A DNA stretch of 38,259 bases from a virus (taxonomy: Duplodnaviria; Caudoviricetes): positions 1-38,259 of the IMG/VR virus record IMGVR_UViG_3300037276_000069. One strand, written 5' to 3'. Under the pieces are notes generated by a model that saw only the letters and a list, made by a program, of their open reading frames with translations, did no database searches and was not told the origin of the DNA. The position numbers and the translations under genes were made by a program. Numbering within the stretch: position 1 is the stretch's first letter; each line of letters opens with the position of its first letter. Positions 7,581-17,320 of this stretch are shown here, piece after piece.

Positions 7581-8797
7581 AACGTCACTTCCCGGACTTC
7601 ATAACGGCTTACCTCGAGCATTCTAGGGACAGCTGGGCCCCGGACCAGTTCCATCTCTGGATGGGCGTGAGTCTCGTCGGCGCTGCCCTTGAGCGTAAGG
7701 TCTGGCTCCCTATTGAGGGTCGTCGGATCTACCCAAACCTGTACATACTGCTCGTGAGTCAGCCTGGCATCGGGAAGAGTACGGCGATTAATCCGGGCCT
7801 CTCCCTGATCCGTAAGGTCCGTTACCGTGATCAGGCCGTCAATACGATGGCCGATCAGACGTCCGAGGCTGCCTTCTATGATCAAATGGCGAGGCAGAAG
7901 ACCTTCACGGCCGGGGGGTATGAGATGACCCAGTGTACGGGCTATCTGGCCCTCTCAGAGGCTTCGAACTCCCTGAAGGACATGGTCGGCGGAGGTTCGA
8001 TCATAGGATCCCTGACTCAGTTCTATGACTGTGACCCTTATTGGAGTAAGCAGACTAAGGGCTCGGGGAAGCAGGAGCTTACGAATATATGCTGTAATCT
8101 GATCGCAGGTTGCACCTTCGCTCACCTCAAGGACATGATCCCTGAGCGCAGTCTTAACGGGGGATTCGCTTCCCGCCTTCTCTACGTAGTCATTGACGAT
8201 AAGCTTCACAGGAAGCCTCAGTGGAGAGACAACGTGGACTTGAAGGAGGAAGCGAGGCTTAAGCTTCAGGAGGATCTCGAGCAGATCCATCACCTTACGG
8301 GGCCTATGACGGCAGACCCGGAGTTCCGAGACAACTGGAGAGCCTGGATAACGAAGACTGAGGATTACAGGCAGGGACTTAAGTCGCAGAAGATGCAGCA
8401 GCTCCTGGCCCGGAAGACCTCGAACGTTGAGAAGTTAGCAATCGCTTACTGCGTTTCCGAGTCAAATGACTTGCACCTTAAGATGAGGCACTGGGAACGT
8501 GCGGTCGAGCGCTATGAGCTCCTGGAGCAGAAATTCGGACGTGTCCTGACGGCCGCATATAATGCCGAGGATCAGGCCTCCGCGACAAACAGTGTAGTGC
8601 AGTTTATTGCCCAGAATCCCCGGGAGGCTAACCTTGCCGGAATTAAAAGGCACCTAATCAATCAGCAAATGGATGCTACGAAGGCCGATGTTATTGTAAA
8701 GAACCTAGTAGAGGCAGCACTAGTCAGTAAGAGCTCAATCGACCCTCTCGGCAGTCCTGTTTACAAACTTCTCGTTAATCCGAATGATCACCTCTGA
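7577..8797 (+). CDS. DUF3987-like P-loop helicase
   Basis: YPNLYILLVSQPGIGKSTAI Walker A, degenerate Walker B (ALSE), GGFASRLLYV arginine-finger-like motif, possible C-terminal winged helix. Confidence 0.8.
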   Translation: MKRHFPDFITAYLEHSRDSWAPDQFHLWMGVSLVGAALERKVWLPIEGRRIYPNLYILLVSQPGIGKSTAINPGLSLIRKVRYRDQAVNTMADQTSEAAFYDQMARQKTFTAGGYEMTQCTGYLALSEASNSLKDMVGGGSIIGSLTQFYDCDPYWSKQTKGSGKQELTNICCNLIAGCTFAHLKDMIPERSLNGGFASRLLYVVIDDKLHRKPQWRDNVDLKEEARLKLQEDLEQIHHLTGPMTADPEFRDNWRAWITKTEDYRQGLKSQKMQQLLARKTSNVEKLAIAYCVSESNDLHLKMRHWERAVERYELLEQKFGRVLTAAYNAEDQASATNSVVQFIAQNPREANLAGIKRHLINQQMDATKADVIVKNLVEAALVSKSSIDPLGSPVYKLLVNPNDHL

Positions 8798-8932
8798 GTC
8801 TTCCGTCACTTCCTCGATATGCAGGAAGATGAGGCGTGAGGCGAATTGCTGCGCGAGAGATTCGACTTCGAACTGGAGCGCCGTCGCTAACCTGTGAAAG
8901 CGGTTGCGCACTTCGTCCGAAGCGTAGGTCAC
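8735..8932 (-). CDS. Hypothetical protein, possible last gene of the structural operon
   Basis: GTG overlaps the stop of 8929-10245. It overlaps the helicase 3' end convergently by ~60 bp. Confidence 0.35.
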   Translation of the reverse strand: MTYASDEVRNRFHRLATALQFEVESLAQQFASRLIFLHIEEVTEDSEVIIRINEKFVNRTAERVD

Positions 8933-10245
8933 GGGTTTGTCCTCTTAAGATCATTCTCACCCTGTCGTCCGTGAATTACTGACAGACCTAGGGCTCCCGG
9001 AGCTGCCGATGACATGACTGCGCCGGCACCGCTCGCTCCGCGAATCACAGGGGCCATTAGTGTGTTACCGAGGGAAGGTCCTGCGAGGTTAGGCCCTGGC
9101 TTTGCGAATGATTTCATAGCAGTGAGGTTCTGTGCCTGACCAAGTACGTTCGTGCCTAAGCTCTGATCAAGCTCCGTAAGGTCCGCAACGCTTCTCGGAT
9201 TCTCACCCGAACCTGCCTTGAGTAGGGAAGCCTCAGTCTTACCCGGAGTCGTCAGGGCCTTATTCATCCGCTTCGTAAGGTTAAGGACGGCAGCCTGCTG
9301 CTCATTCATTGCTGCGACTTCCGGAGCAGCCTTATTGATCTGCTGACGGAGAACTGCCTGCGCATCTCTTGCCGCATCCTGATTGAGGATGTGACCTTCT
9401 CCCTCGAAGGCACGATCCTGTAAGTCCTGCTTAAATTTATTCGCATCGAGGAGACTGATCTCCCCGTGCTCATTAGCCATTGACTGCATGTCTGTCTTAA
9501 GGCCCAGGAGATCTTTCGTCGCAGCCTCACGAGCCTGGTCGGAGATCCCACTCTTATTCGAGAGCCTGACGAGACCGTCATCAAGGGCCTTCGTCGCATC
9601 GTTGATGTTGATGGTCTGACTCGCCCGCTTCTCAAGGGCATCGTCCGTGTAAGAGGTAAGCTGATTATGAAAGGCCTGCTTATCCTTGAGGAGCTGCGCT
9701 CGGATCTGATCGGCCGCAGTCGCGACGTTACCGTCAGCTGACTTACTCATGCCGATGACTTCCTGTGCCCGTTTCGCATAAGTCTTAATTGCCGAAGCTG
9801 CAGCGTCTACGTAAGGCAGATGACTTACTCCTTTTGCGAGAAGACCTCCTACGGCCTCTAGAGAAGGGCCTATGATTTTACTGCCTGTGAATTCAGCCCC
9901 CGCACCTTCGAGACCTGCGAGGCCTACTGCCTTCGCAGCGGACTCAGGAGTCACATCCGCGCCTGAGGCGGCCTTCATACCTTGAGATAGGCCTTCACCG
10001 AGGGCGCTACCGATAGCAGCTCCTGGGATACCCGCTGCAACGCCACCGGCTATCATTCCGGCTGTCTTCGCATGATCCTGGATGAACTGCTTCGTATCGT
10101 CCGCCTTCCCCTTCATTTCCTCGGGAGAGGTAAGTTCCTGCATACGTTCGTTCAGGGGGGAATCATCTGTCTTCGCAGCTGCGTGAGCCTTCTGATATTG
10201 AGCGTACTGATAATCCTGGTAAGCCTTGTCTTCCGCTGCTCCCAT
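8929..10245 (-). CDS. Internal virion/DNA ejection protein
   Basis: Ala/Gly-rich hydrophobic segment (GMIAGGVAAGIPGAAIGSALG) then a long helical region; end of a podovirus-type operon. Confidence 0.65.
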   Translation of the reverse strand: MGAAEDKAYQDYQYAQYQKAHAAAKTDDSPLNERMQELTSPEEMKGKADDTKQFIQDHAKTAGMIAGGVAAGIPGAAIGSALGEGLSQGMKAASGADVTPESAAKAVGLAGLEGAGAEFTGSKIIGPSLEAVGGLLAKGVSHLPYVDAAASAIKTYAKRAQEVIGMSKSADGNVATAADQIRAQLLKDKQAFHNQLTSYTDDALEKRASQTININDATKALDDGLVRLSNKSGISDQAREAATKDLLGLKTDMQSMANEHGEISLLDANKFKQDLQDRAFEGEGHILNQDAARDAQAVLRQQINKAAPEVAAMNEQQAAVLNLTKRMNKALTTPGKTEASLLKAGSGENPRSVADLTELDQSLGTNVLGQAQNLTAMKSFAKPGPNLAGPSLGNTLMAPVIRGASGAGAVMSSAAPGALGLSVIHGRQGENDLKRTNP

Positions 10246-11378
10246 TACTGGTCTCCTGCCATATGTTTGAGGAAATCTTCCTTACTCAGTCCTGCAGGCA
10301 TGCTGAGGTAATCCGGAACGGCGGCGGTCTTCTTAGGGGCTGGAGCCTGAGCGGGAGCGGCTTGCGCATTCCCTCCGCCTCCGAACAAACTGCTATGTAC
10401 GTCCGGTGCATATTGCCTTAACTTACGACGAGCGACGGCTTCTGTCTCGGGATTTGCCGTTGAGTAAGTAGAGTAAAGGTCACTGGCGCGATCCGAGATT
10501 GCATGGTGAATGTCGTCATTAACCCCGTTGATGCGTCCGCGAAGCTGGTCGATTAGATGCCGTCCGGAGTCTGACTTTCGCAGGTCAGCCAGGTCACCGG
10601 CCTTCATACGCAGGTTATTAAACTCAGTCTCGAAGGTTTCAGGAAGTTCTCGTGAGATCTTACCCTCCGTCGCTGCTCCGCCCGCCGCGACCGCATTAAT
10701 GTAGTCATTATAAGCTAGGTTAAGGTCCTTCGCAGTAACGGGGAGTTTCGGATTCTCAAGGATGTTCTGGGACCTCTTCAGAGAGTTCACATTCGTCTGA
10801 CTCATCTTGATGATCGGGTCCGTATCGAAGGACTTACCGGCTCCAATAGCCTGATTCCCCTTCATCACATCGACCCGTCCTTCCATTGACTGAGCCTTCA
10901 GCTGACCTGCGAGGACAGTTGCCTTCTCCTGCAGGACATTATGAAGGAAGTCCATCTGCGGACCCGTTGCGCTGTTCATAAAGTCACCTAGGTCTTTAGC
11001 CTTCTTCGGATCTACAATGTCGGGTGCAATAGCTGCGATATGAGCTGCCATCCCCTGCGCATAAGTTGGATCCTTCTTAAAAAGTTCTGCAAAGTCAGGA
11101 TTCGCATTCGGATAGACCTGTTTGAGCTGAGGTGCCATCGTGTCAATAGCCATCTTCTTCGCATGCCCCTCAGGCATGGCACTGAGCTGACTGATCTGTC
11201 CGGTCAGCCATTGGGCCTTATTCATCTCATGCTGATCCTTGTCCTCTTCGAGCTTCTGCCTCGCCGCCTGCGTCTGCTGAACGATCTGATAAGCGTTGAG
11301 GGCGTCCCCCGCCGTATGGCCTGCTGTCTGTATGGCCTGTCCCGCCGCTGCGTTAAGGTCCTCACCTAATTCTGCCAT
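10245..11378 (-). CDS. Internal virion/DNA ejection protein
   Basis: Helical Ala/Gln-rich protein coupled to both neighbours. Confidence 0.6.
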   Translation of the reverse strand: MAELGEDLNAAAGQAIQTAGHTAGDALNAYQIVQQTQAARQKLEEDKDQHEMNKAQWLTGQISQLSAMPEGHAKKMAIDTMAPQLKQVYPNANPDFAELFKKDPTYAQGMAAHIAAIAPDIVDPKKAKDLGDFMNSATGPQMDFLHNVLQEKATVLAGQLKAQSMEGRVDVMKGNQAIGAGKSFDTDPIIKMSQTNVNSLKRSQNILENPKLPVTAKDLNLAYNDYINAVAAGGAATEGKISRELPETFETEFNNLRMKAGDLADLRKSDSGRHLIDQLRGRINGVNDDIHHAISDRASDLYSTYSTANPETEAVARRKLRQYAPDVHSSLFGGGGNAQAAPAQAPAPKKTAAVPDYLSMPAGLSKEDFLKHMAGDQ

Positions 11379-11668
11379 TACTTCCTCCCGTACTTCTTAA
11401 GTATCTTATGATAGTGAATTTCTTTCTGTGCCTCGGCGTCGAATTTAGCCATAAGCTTGTCGACACCGGGGACGTTTCTGTAACTCGCCCCGAACCTCTG
11501 CTTGAGTGCGTTCTGGAGTCTCAGCCGTCCGAGCGGGTGAAACTCAAGCTTAGGCATCTGCTCTCCCAGGAGCTCTTGCAAGTGATGAAGCTCAATGCCG
11601 TGCTCCTTGAAGCGCTCACCGTCTTTGCCCATGATCTCATTGAGTGACGTATTAACCTTCTTACTCAT
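11378..11668 (-). CDS. Hypothetical basic protein
   Basis: 96 aa, start and stop overlap the neighbouring genes. Confidence 0.6.
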   Translation of the reverse strand: MSKKVNTSLNEIMGKDGERFKEHGIELHHLQELLGEQMPKLEFHPLGRLRLQNALKQRFGASYRNVPGVDKLMAKFDAEAQKEIHYHKILKKYGRK

Positions 11669-13068
11669 GCGATCTTCCGTCTGATGCTCTCATGGTGATT
11701 AATTATGCCCCGTGGGTTTTTCGGATCAGGTCTAACCTTCCCGCCCTTGTAGTAACCGGCGCCGCCCGCAGATTTAGTCTTACCCTTATCACCGGAGAAC
11801 CAGTTGTCGACTGAGTCTGCAAGGCTCTCAAGAGTACTTGAGGAGGCCGGAGCTGACGGTTGCCCGTAAACGGACTGCATCTTCTTCGCATCCTCTGCTG
11901 AGGGAACGGTAACCTTCCCGCCATCGTCATAATTTGCCTTCACACGTCCGCCTTGGGCGAACATCTTATCAACAAACTTATGAGCTGCCTTCTTATTCTT
12001 CATAGACTTAAGGGGGATTACCCCTTCGCCGGGAGTTGCGTGAATGGTAGTCGTGTCGTTAGCTAATGTGTTCTTCCCGGGGTGCTTGGCCATACCCGGA
12101 ATGACTCCGCCTCCGGCGAAGCCCCCTGCTACAGACGAAGGTACGTTCGGAGTCATATTCCCGAAGTCGCTGAAGTTTTGCCCCAGGGTATTACTGCCCG
12201 GTGATTGAGTCATAAGACTGTTGTCAACCTTCGGAGCGGAGTTCGATTTAAAGGCGCCTGCAATTTGAGGCGCTGCCGTCGCGAGGTTACTCAGTGTCGA
12301 GGCGTTCTGCTGCGCTCCCAGGATCGGACCAATCTGCTCACGTCCTGCTGCTGCGACACCCATCTGCTGTGCCGGGCTCTCAAGCTGCGTGAAACCTTCA
12401 ATGAGTTTTGCCTTCTGCGCATCCGGTGACTGTGTCTGTATGTTCGAGAGGCGCTCATTCGCAGCGGAGATCGCATTACCCATCTGACTCCCTTCAAGAG
12501 GGATGTCCTTAATCTGATCCATATAGGCAGCATTTGTCTGCGTAGTCAGCTGTGATGTCTGCGCATCGAAGGCTGCGAGCTGCTTCATTCCCGCTGCTGA
12601 GGAGGCAAATCCCGGTGACTGCTGATTAAGCGTGTCAACCATTTGCTGACGCTGGAGCTGTCTCTGGTTATTAAGGTTCTGGATTGCAGGAGCTGACTTC
12701 CCTTGTAGGAGGTCATTCAACTGCTTTCCTGACTCCAGGAGTGCCGGGTTGAGCTGACTGGCAACCTGTTCCTGCCTGCTAACATTAGCCTCCTGAGCCT
12801 GCAGGGACTGCCCGTAGGCTGCCATCTGCTGCGGCGTCCCTATGAGGCTAAGGGCTTGATCTTCGTTCTTCTGAACGTCCTGCTTCCAGGCATCGGCCTT
12901 CGCTTGCTGCTCCTTCGCCGCCTGTGCTGCTGCTTCTGCCGGGTCGGCTGACATTGATCCCATGACTCCGCCGAGGACGGCTCCGCCGAGTGTCCCGTAA
13001 GGACCTAAGGCAGCACCTGCTGCTGCTCCTGACACTGCTCCCGAGGCTATTTGTGATCCGCTACCCAT
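11665..13068 (-). CDS. DNA pilot/ejection protein (P22 gp7-like position)
   Basis: Gly/Ala-rich hydrophobic N-terminus, Gln-rich coiled coil, C-terminal aromatic-x-x-GG-x-V/I repeats. Confidence 0.7.
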   Translation of the reverse strand: MGSGSQIASGAVSGAAAGAALGPYGTLGGAVLGGVMGSMSADPAEAAAQAAKEQQAKADAWKQDVQKNEDQALSLIGTPQQMAAYGQSLQAQEANVSRQEQVASQLNPALLESGKQLNDLLQGKSAPAIQNLNNQRQLQRQQMVDTLNQQSPGFASSAAGMKQLAAFDAQTSQLTTQTNAAYMDQIKDIPLEGSQMGNAISAANERLSNIQTQSPDAQKAKLIEGFTQLESPAQQMGVAAAGREQIGPILGAQQNASTLSNLATAAPQIAGAFKSNSAPKVDNSLMTQSPGSNTLGQNFSDFGNMTPNVPSSVAGGFAGGGVIPGMAKHPGKNTLANDTTTIHATPGEGVIPLKSMKNKKAAHKFVDKMFAQGGRVKANYDDGGKVTVPSAEDAKKMQSVYGQPSAPASSSTLESLADSVDNWFSGDKGKTKSAGGAGYYKGGKVRPDPKNPRGIINHHESIRRKIA

Positions 13069-13079
13069 AAGTTTCCCCC

Positions 13080-15533
13080 TTACCCTGTCCAGCCAAGCAT
13101 AGGTATCATAGCGTCAATAGTGACGAAGATACTCACGCCAGTCGTACTGGTTGCAAAGTTAATTGTAGAGCCACTGCTCCAGGCGTTGTCACCGCCACCG
13201 TTTTCCTGAATATTATTAAAAAGTTGCGTCGAACTGTAGACCATTACCTCACCGTTAAGCATGTAAGGAGAGCTTGTCGGATACTCGCCACCGAAGCGTC
13301 CTACGGATGATTGCGGGGAGGCCGGAGTCTGCGTTGAGCCTGTGAGCGCCGTATTAATAGCAGGAGCACCTGAGAATAGATTAAATATATAAGTTCCGGA
13401 ACCTGCCGAACCCGCAGCGCTTTGACTGTAGCTCCATCGTAGGTGCATGGAATCTCCAATCCTCCTCCAGCGGGCTGTATTCTCGATAAGGGTTCCGAAT
13501 GTCGGAGGTGAGCTTGTCGCCGTGACAAGGACTCCGGAAGCCATCGCAGCCGCTGGGAAGTTAATCCAGTCCTGCGGGTAAGTGTGCTCACGGATGACCC
13601 ATTGTAGCCCCGTGCTGAAGAAGGAGATGAGCTCCCCGTTCGTAGCAAGGGTAACGGTTTGATTATTATTAATCCCTCCGGTCTGCCCGAAGGTTACGGC
13701 TGTTGAGGTCTGAAGACTGAAGACGGGCTGACTCAGGGTTGCTGTTGTCGCTGTACTTGCCGTAACTGTCGTTCCGCGTGGAATGCCCGTCCCGGAGACA
13801 AGTAATCCTGAGGTCAGTCCTGCGGTTGAGGCTAGGGAAGTAATGAGATTCGTCGCCGTAAGGTTACTCCAGCTTCCCGTAGTCGTGAGGATCGCAGGTT
13901 CGAAGACTTTCAGGGTACAGATGTTATAGTCTGAGCTTATCTTGAAGTAGGTGATTGTCTGACCTTTACAGGCGGCTACCGGAGGTAGGATCTGTGTGAA
14001 GCTGCCTCCTGACGTGTCGATAGGGAAAAACCATGGGGAAGTTCTGATAAGGTCAGGAAGAGGTGACCCTGTACTAGCCGTAGTCGTAGCCTGGACAACC
14101 CCTGACGTATCATTTCGGTAGAAGGATTCGACGGAAGCGAAGGAATTTGACCCGCTTGCATAAGCATAACCTACGCAGCGCCACGTCTGGTAGGGATGGT
14201 AGAAGCCTTGCAGGTCCCCTCTGCGGTCATAAGGAGCGATGGAGTCAATCCATTGCTGCCCGATTAGGTCAATGTAGAAGTAGTAGAAGTTTCCTGAGGT
14301 TACGGTGACACCAGAAACGTTGCTAGTTCCGGCCTGCCAGTTGAGGTAACCCTCATCGAAGCGAAGAATGCTTCCGTAGACATTAAGACCGCAGCCTATG
14401 TAACGACTGCGTATGAGCTGATTCGAGGTCTGATCTATGGTTAATTCGACGGAGTTCAGGGTTGAGTATCCCTCGAAGAAGTCAAGGGATCTTGCCCCTA
14501 CACAGTGAGAGGTGTCCTGGATACAGTAACCGATCAAAGTAGCATTTGCGGCGATGAACTGCGTACCGGAGTAGATTTTCCAGTAATTCACAGTCATGTC
14601 GAACCAGTAGTCCCCTGTATTGGGCGAAGTAGGTGCGACACCTCCGAAGGTAGGGTTATCGTAAGTCAGTGCCAGTCCGCTAGCTGTAGTGGCGAAGATC
14701 CAGGTTAGCTTCATGAGCTGAATGGTATCTCCGCTAGTGATACCCGCACGGACGACAGGTGCACTTGAGCTGTTGTAGAAGAAACCGCGGCGACATTCGG
14801 TGATCTGATTAACGGTCGCGCCGTTGATTACGGGCTGGATCAGGCGACCCATGAAATACTCACCTGAAGTCTGGTTCTTGTAAGCGCAGATCTGTCCTGC
14901 CAGGTTTGCAATTGCAGAGCCTACGGTCGCGAGAGTAATGACGGAACCGAACTCCCCTGCAATTTTAGTCCAGGGCTGCGCACTCATACTCGTATCATTG
15001 ACGATGGCCGTATTATTGGCATTAGTCGCAACGGTCAGCGAGGTGACAGCCGTATTCGCCGCGATGGAGTAGGAGGCTCCTGCGATGGAGTAAACTAGTG
15101 GAGTTGAGGCTGCATTGACAGTAATTGTCGTACTCGTCCCGGCAGGGACCAGGTAGTCCGGCTGTGAGCTCCCGGCGGTCCCATTCGTCTGTCCTGAGGC
15201 CACTTTATTTTGAAGGGAGGCCGCACCGAGTGCCGAGTTTAGCTGACTTAGGGAGGTCACAGGAGCCTGGTACCAGAAGGTCTGACCCGTAATCTCTGCG
15301 ATAACGAAGCGAAGGCGGGCAAGTTCGGCCGCGACTGAAGTCGCAAGGGACTCCGTTCCGACTCCTCCGGGAGAGGTCTGTATCTGCATCTGTGCAACGG
15401 TGTCTGAGTAACCGTCCATATACTGAGAGTTGAAGAAATTCAGGATGTTATTAAATTCAGCGTTAAGTGCTGCCGAGGTCAAAGTCTGCTGAAATCCCCA
15501 GGTTGTAATCCTATTAAATAAAGCTCCGCCCAT
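13080..15533 (-). CDS. Tail fibre/tail spike protein
   Basis: N-terminal LTSAALNAEFNNI attachment motif, APTSPNTGDYWFD motif, Ser/Thr-rich beta modules and a C-terminal ARWRRIGD beta-sandwich. Confidence 0.8.
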   Translation of the reverse strand: MGGALFNRITTWGFQQTLTSAALNAEFNNILNFFNSQYMDGYSDTVAQMQIQTSPGGVGTESLATSVAAELARLRFVIAEITGQTFWYQAPVTSLSQLNSALGAASLQNKVASGQTNGTAGSSQPDYLVPAGTSTTITVNAASTPLVYSIAGASYSIAANTAVTSLTVATNANNTAIVNDTSMSAQPWTKIAGEFGSVITLATVGSAIANLAGQICAYKNQTSGEYFMGRLIQPVINGATVNQITECRRGFFYNSSSAPVVRAGITSGDTIQLMKLTWIFATTASGLALTYDNPTFGGVAPTSPNTGDYWFDMTVNYWKIYSGTQFIAANATLIGYCIQDTSHCVGARSLDFFEGYSTLNSVELTIDQTSNQLIRSRYIGCGLNVYGSILRFDEGYLNWQAGTSNVSGVTVTSGNFYYFYIDLIGQQWIDSIAPYDRRGDLQGFYHPYQTWRCVGYAYASGSNSFASVESFYRNDTSGVVQATTTASTGSPLPDLIRTSPWFFPIDTSGGSFTQILPPVAACKGQTITYFKISSDYNICTLKVFEPAILTTTGSWSNLTATNLITSLASTAGLTSGLLVSGTGIPRGTTVTASTATTATLSQPVFSLQTSTAVTFGQTGGINNNQTVTLATNGELISFFSTGLQWVIREHTYPQDWINFPAAAMASGVLVTATSSPPTFGTLIENTARWRRIGDSMHLRWSYSQSAAGSAGSGTYIFNLFSGAPAINTALTGSTQTPASPQSSVGRFGGEYPTSSPYMLNGEVMVYSSTQLFNNIQENGGGDNAWSSGSTINFATSTTGVSIFVTIDAMIPMLGWTG

Positions 15534-15545
15534 GATCTCTCCTTC

Positions 15546-17159
15546 TTATAATGTCACCGTAGCATCCTCGCCAAGTATACGGAAACCTATGGCGAGTTGG
15601 CTAACTTTAAAGTTTTGGTAAGCCACGGAGTTATAGCAAACGAGGCTGATCCTTCGCCCCGCTCCCCGTAGGTCAATTAATATGGTCTGCTCATCCGGCG
15701 AGCCTAGGATGCTCTGGTCAAGGACGAATGAGTCTAGGTAATTCGTGTCGATGGTCTGAGCGCAGGTCACGGTCTGGCTGAATTTCCCGTCGATCCAGAC
15801 GTCAATGCTCAGGTTCTGAAGACCGTCCGGCGTAAAGGTCACGGCCAGGCGCTCGAACTCCTTTTGCTTCATAGCGAAGGAAGGGTCTAGGTGACGGAAG
15901 TCCAGGTACGGTGTCTGAAAGAGGGCCTGGTAGCCTGCCCCGTTAACGGTCCTGGTCTCAGAGTCCGCAAAGTAGACAAATCCGTCCGTCCCCCCGTAGA
16001 TGGGCTTGAGGATATTATTAATGTCACGGCGGGAGGCCAGGCAGTCGGCCTGAAGGTGAGTCCAGAAGCCCCATTTTGGAACCTGCGGATCGCTCAGGCT
16101 GATGTGCACCATACTGTCATTGTAGGTCAGGTAAGACTGCTTAGTCGTGAAGAAACCATGCCCCTTGTCTTCGTAATAAAGGGCCTGCATGAAGGGGGTT
16201 CCGGCTGGAGTCGTATTCTGTCTGTAGAACTGATTAACCCTTGCCGTCTTAAACATATCGGCCTGGCTGAAGTTCGAGTCGTAGAAGGTAGCTGAGTAAT
16301 TCGTGAGGGAGCCGGTTACGTTTCCTACGACCAGGTTGTCATTCATCTGCGCTACGGAGTTCTGTGAGGCTATCCCGAAGCCTGAGCTCAGTTTCGTAAA
16401 GTACCAGTTACTCGCGTCCGGATCCGTATCTACGAGACGGTAGACGAAGTCCCCCTGCTTAAATACGAAGAGGGTATTTTTGTAGACGAATCCCCCGACT
16501 ATATTTCCGCCCTCACCCTGCCCTGCAGTGATCGAGAGGAAGGAGCTTGTCGTCTGGAAATCCTCGTGATCAGTCGTATTCGAAGCATAGCCGATACTCT
16601 TAGCGAAACACCAGAGGCGTCCCCTGTGTAGAAGTCCGAAGAGGGGGAAGTTTGAGTTGAGGTTGTCTCCTGAAATATTAGGATTAGCCCAGTCGACGGA
16701 AGGCTCTGCGATTAAGGTGCTGAAGTTATTATCCCCAGTAATTACACGGACTTGGGCCTTACCTCCTGAGAAGAAGAAAACCTTCTTCGGATTTCCCGCT
16801 GATTCCTGCCCGGCTATGACGAACTGACTCCTGTTGTCGAGGGTTCCGAGCCCCGTAGTAATGGGCACATTGAAGGAGAAGGTCTTATCGCCATAATCCT
16901 TCCATAGCTTACCGTCTGCGGTCGCAACGAGCATCCTCTGCTGAATGTATGTGTACCAGTAGTCGGTAAGGGCTACGAGGCCCCCAGTCAGCGCGACATT
17001 GTTGTAACGGTAAGCGCCCGGGGCCTTTTGCAGGAAGCCCGGAGCATAGTCGATGTTCTGCGAGCGGATCAGCGCCGTAGGCGGGATCTGTGAGGACGGT
17101 AAGTCTGTCATGAGGCCCTGGCTCCCTAATGGAAGTGTGGCCCAGTTTCCTTCATACAT
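15546..17159 (-). CDS. Tail nozzle/head-closure protein (P22 gp10 or T7 gp12-like beta-propeller)
   Basis: 537 aa, beta-rich with propeller-like repeats (HRGRLWCF, YKNTLFVFK); lies between adaptor and fibre. Confidence 0.75.
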   Translation of the reverse strand: MYEGNWATLPLGSQGLMTDLPSSQIPPTALIRSQNIDYAPGFLQKAPGAYRYNNVALTGGLVALTDYWYTYIQQRMLVATADGKLWKDYGDKTFSFNVPITTGLGTLDNRSQFVIAGQESAGNPKKVFFFSGGKAQVRVITGDNNFSTLIAEPSVDWANPNISGDNLNSNFPLFGLLHRGRLWCFAKSIGYASNTTDHEDFQTTSSFLSITAGQGEGGNIVGGFVYKNTLFVFKQGDFVYRLVDTDPDASNWYFTKLSSGFGIASQNSVAQMNDNLVVGNVTGSLTNYSATFYDSNFSQADMFKTARVNQFYRQNTTPAGTPFMQALYYEDKGHGFFTTKQSYLTYNDSMVHISLSDPQVPKWGFWTHLQADCLASRRDINNILKPIYGGTDGFVYFADSETRTVNGAGYQALFQTPYLDFRHLDPSFAMKQKEFERLAVTFTPDGLQNLSIDVWIDGKFSQTVTCAQTIDTNYLDSFVLDQSILGSPDEQTILIDLRGAGRRISLVCYNSVAYQNFKVSQLAIGFRILGEDATVTL

Positions 17160-17308
17160 TGCTGCGCTCCGTGTGTGCTGTGTTCGTAAAGTTTTTTAAG
17201 CCATAAGATCTCACTCAGGCTCAGGCTAAAGAGCCACGTCTCGAGGATTTTGACCTCTTCCTCCGAGTAACCTTCGTCGTTGTACTCTAGGGCGTCCGTG
17301 TTACTCAT
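17126..17308 (-). CDS. Hypothetical acidic protein
   Basis: 60 aa ORF filling the gap between adaptor and nozzle genes. Confidence 0.4.
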   Translation of the reverse strand: MSNTDALEYNDEGYSEEEVKILETWLFSLSLSEILWLKKLYEHSTHGAQQCMKETGPHFH

Positions 17309-17320
17309 ATCAAATATTTC

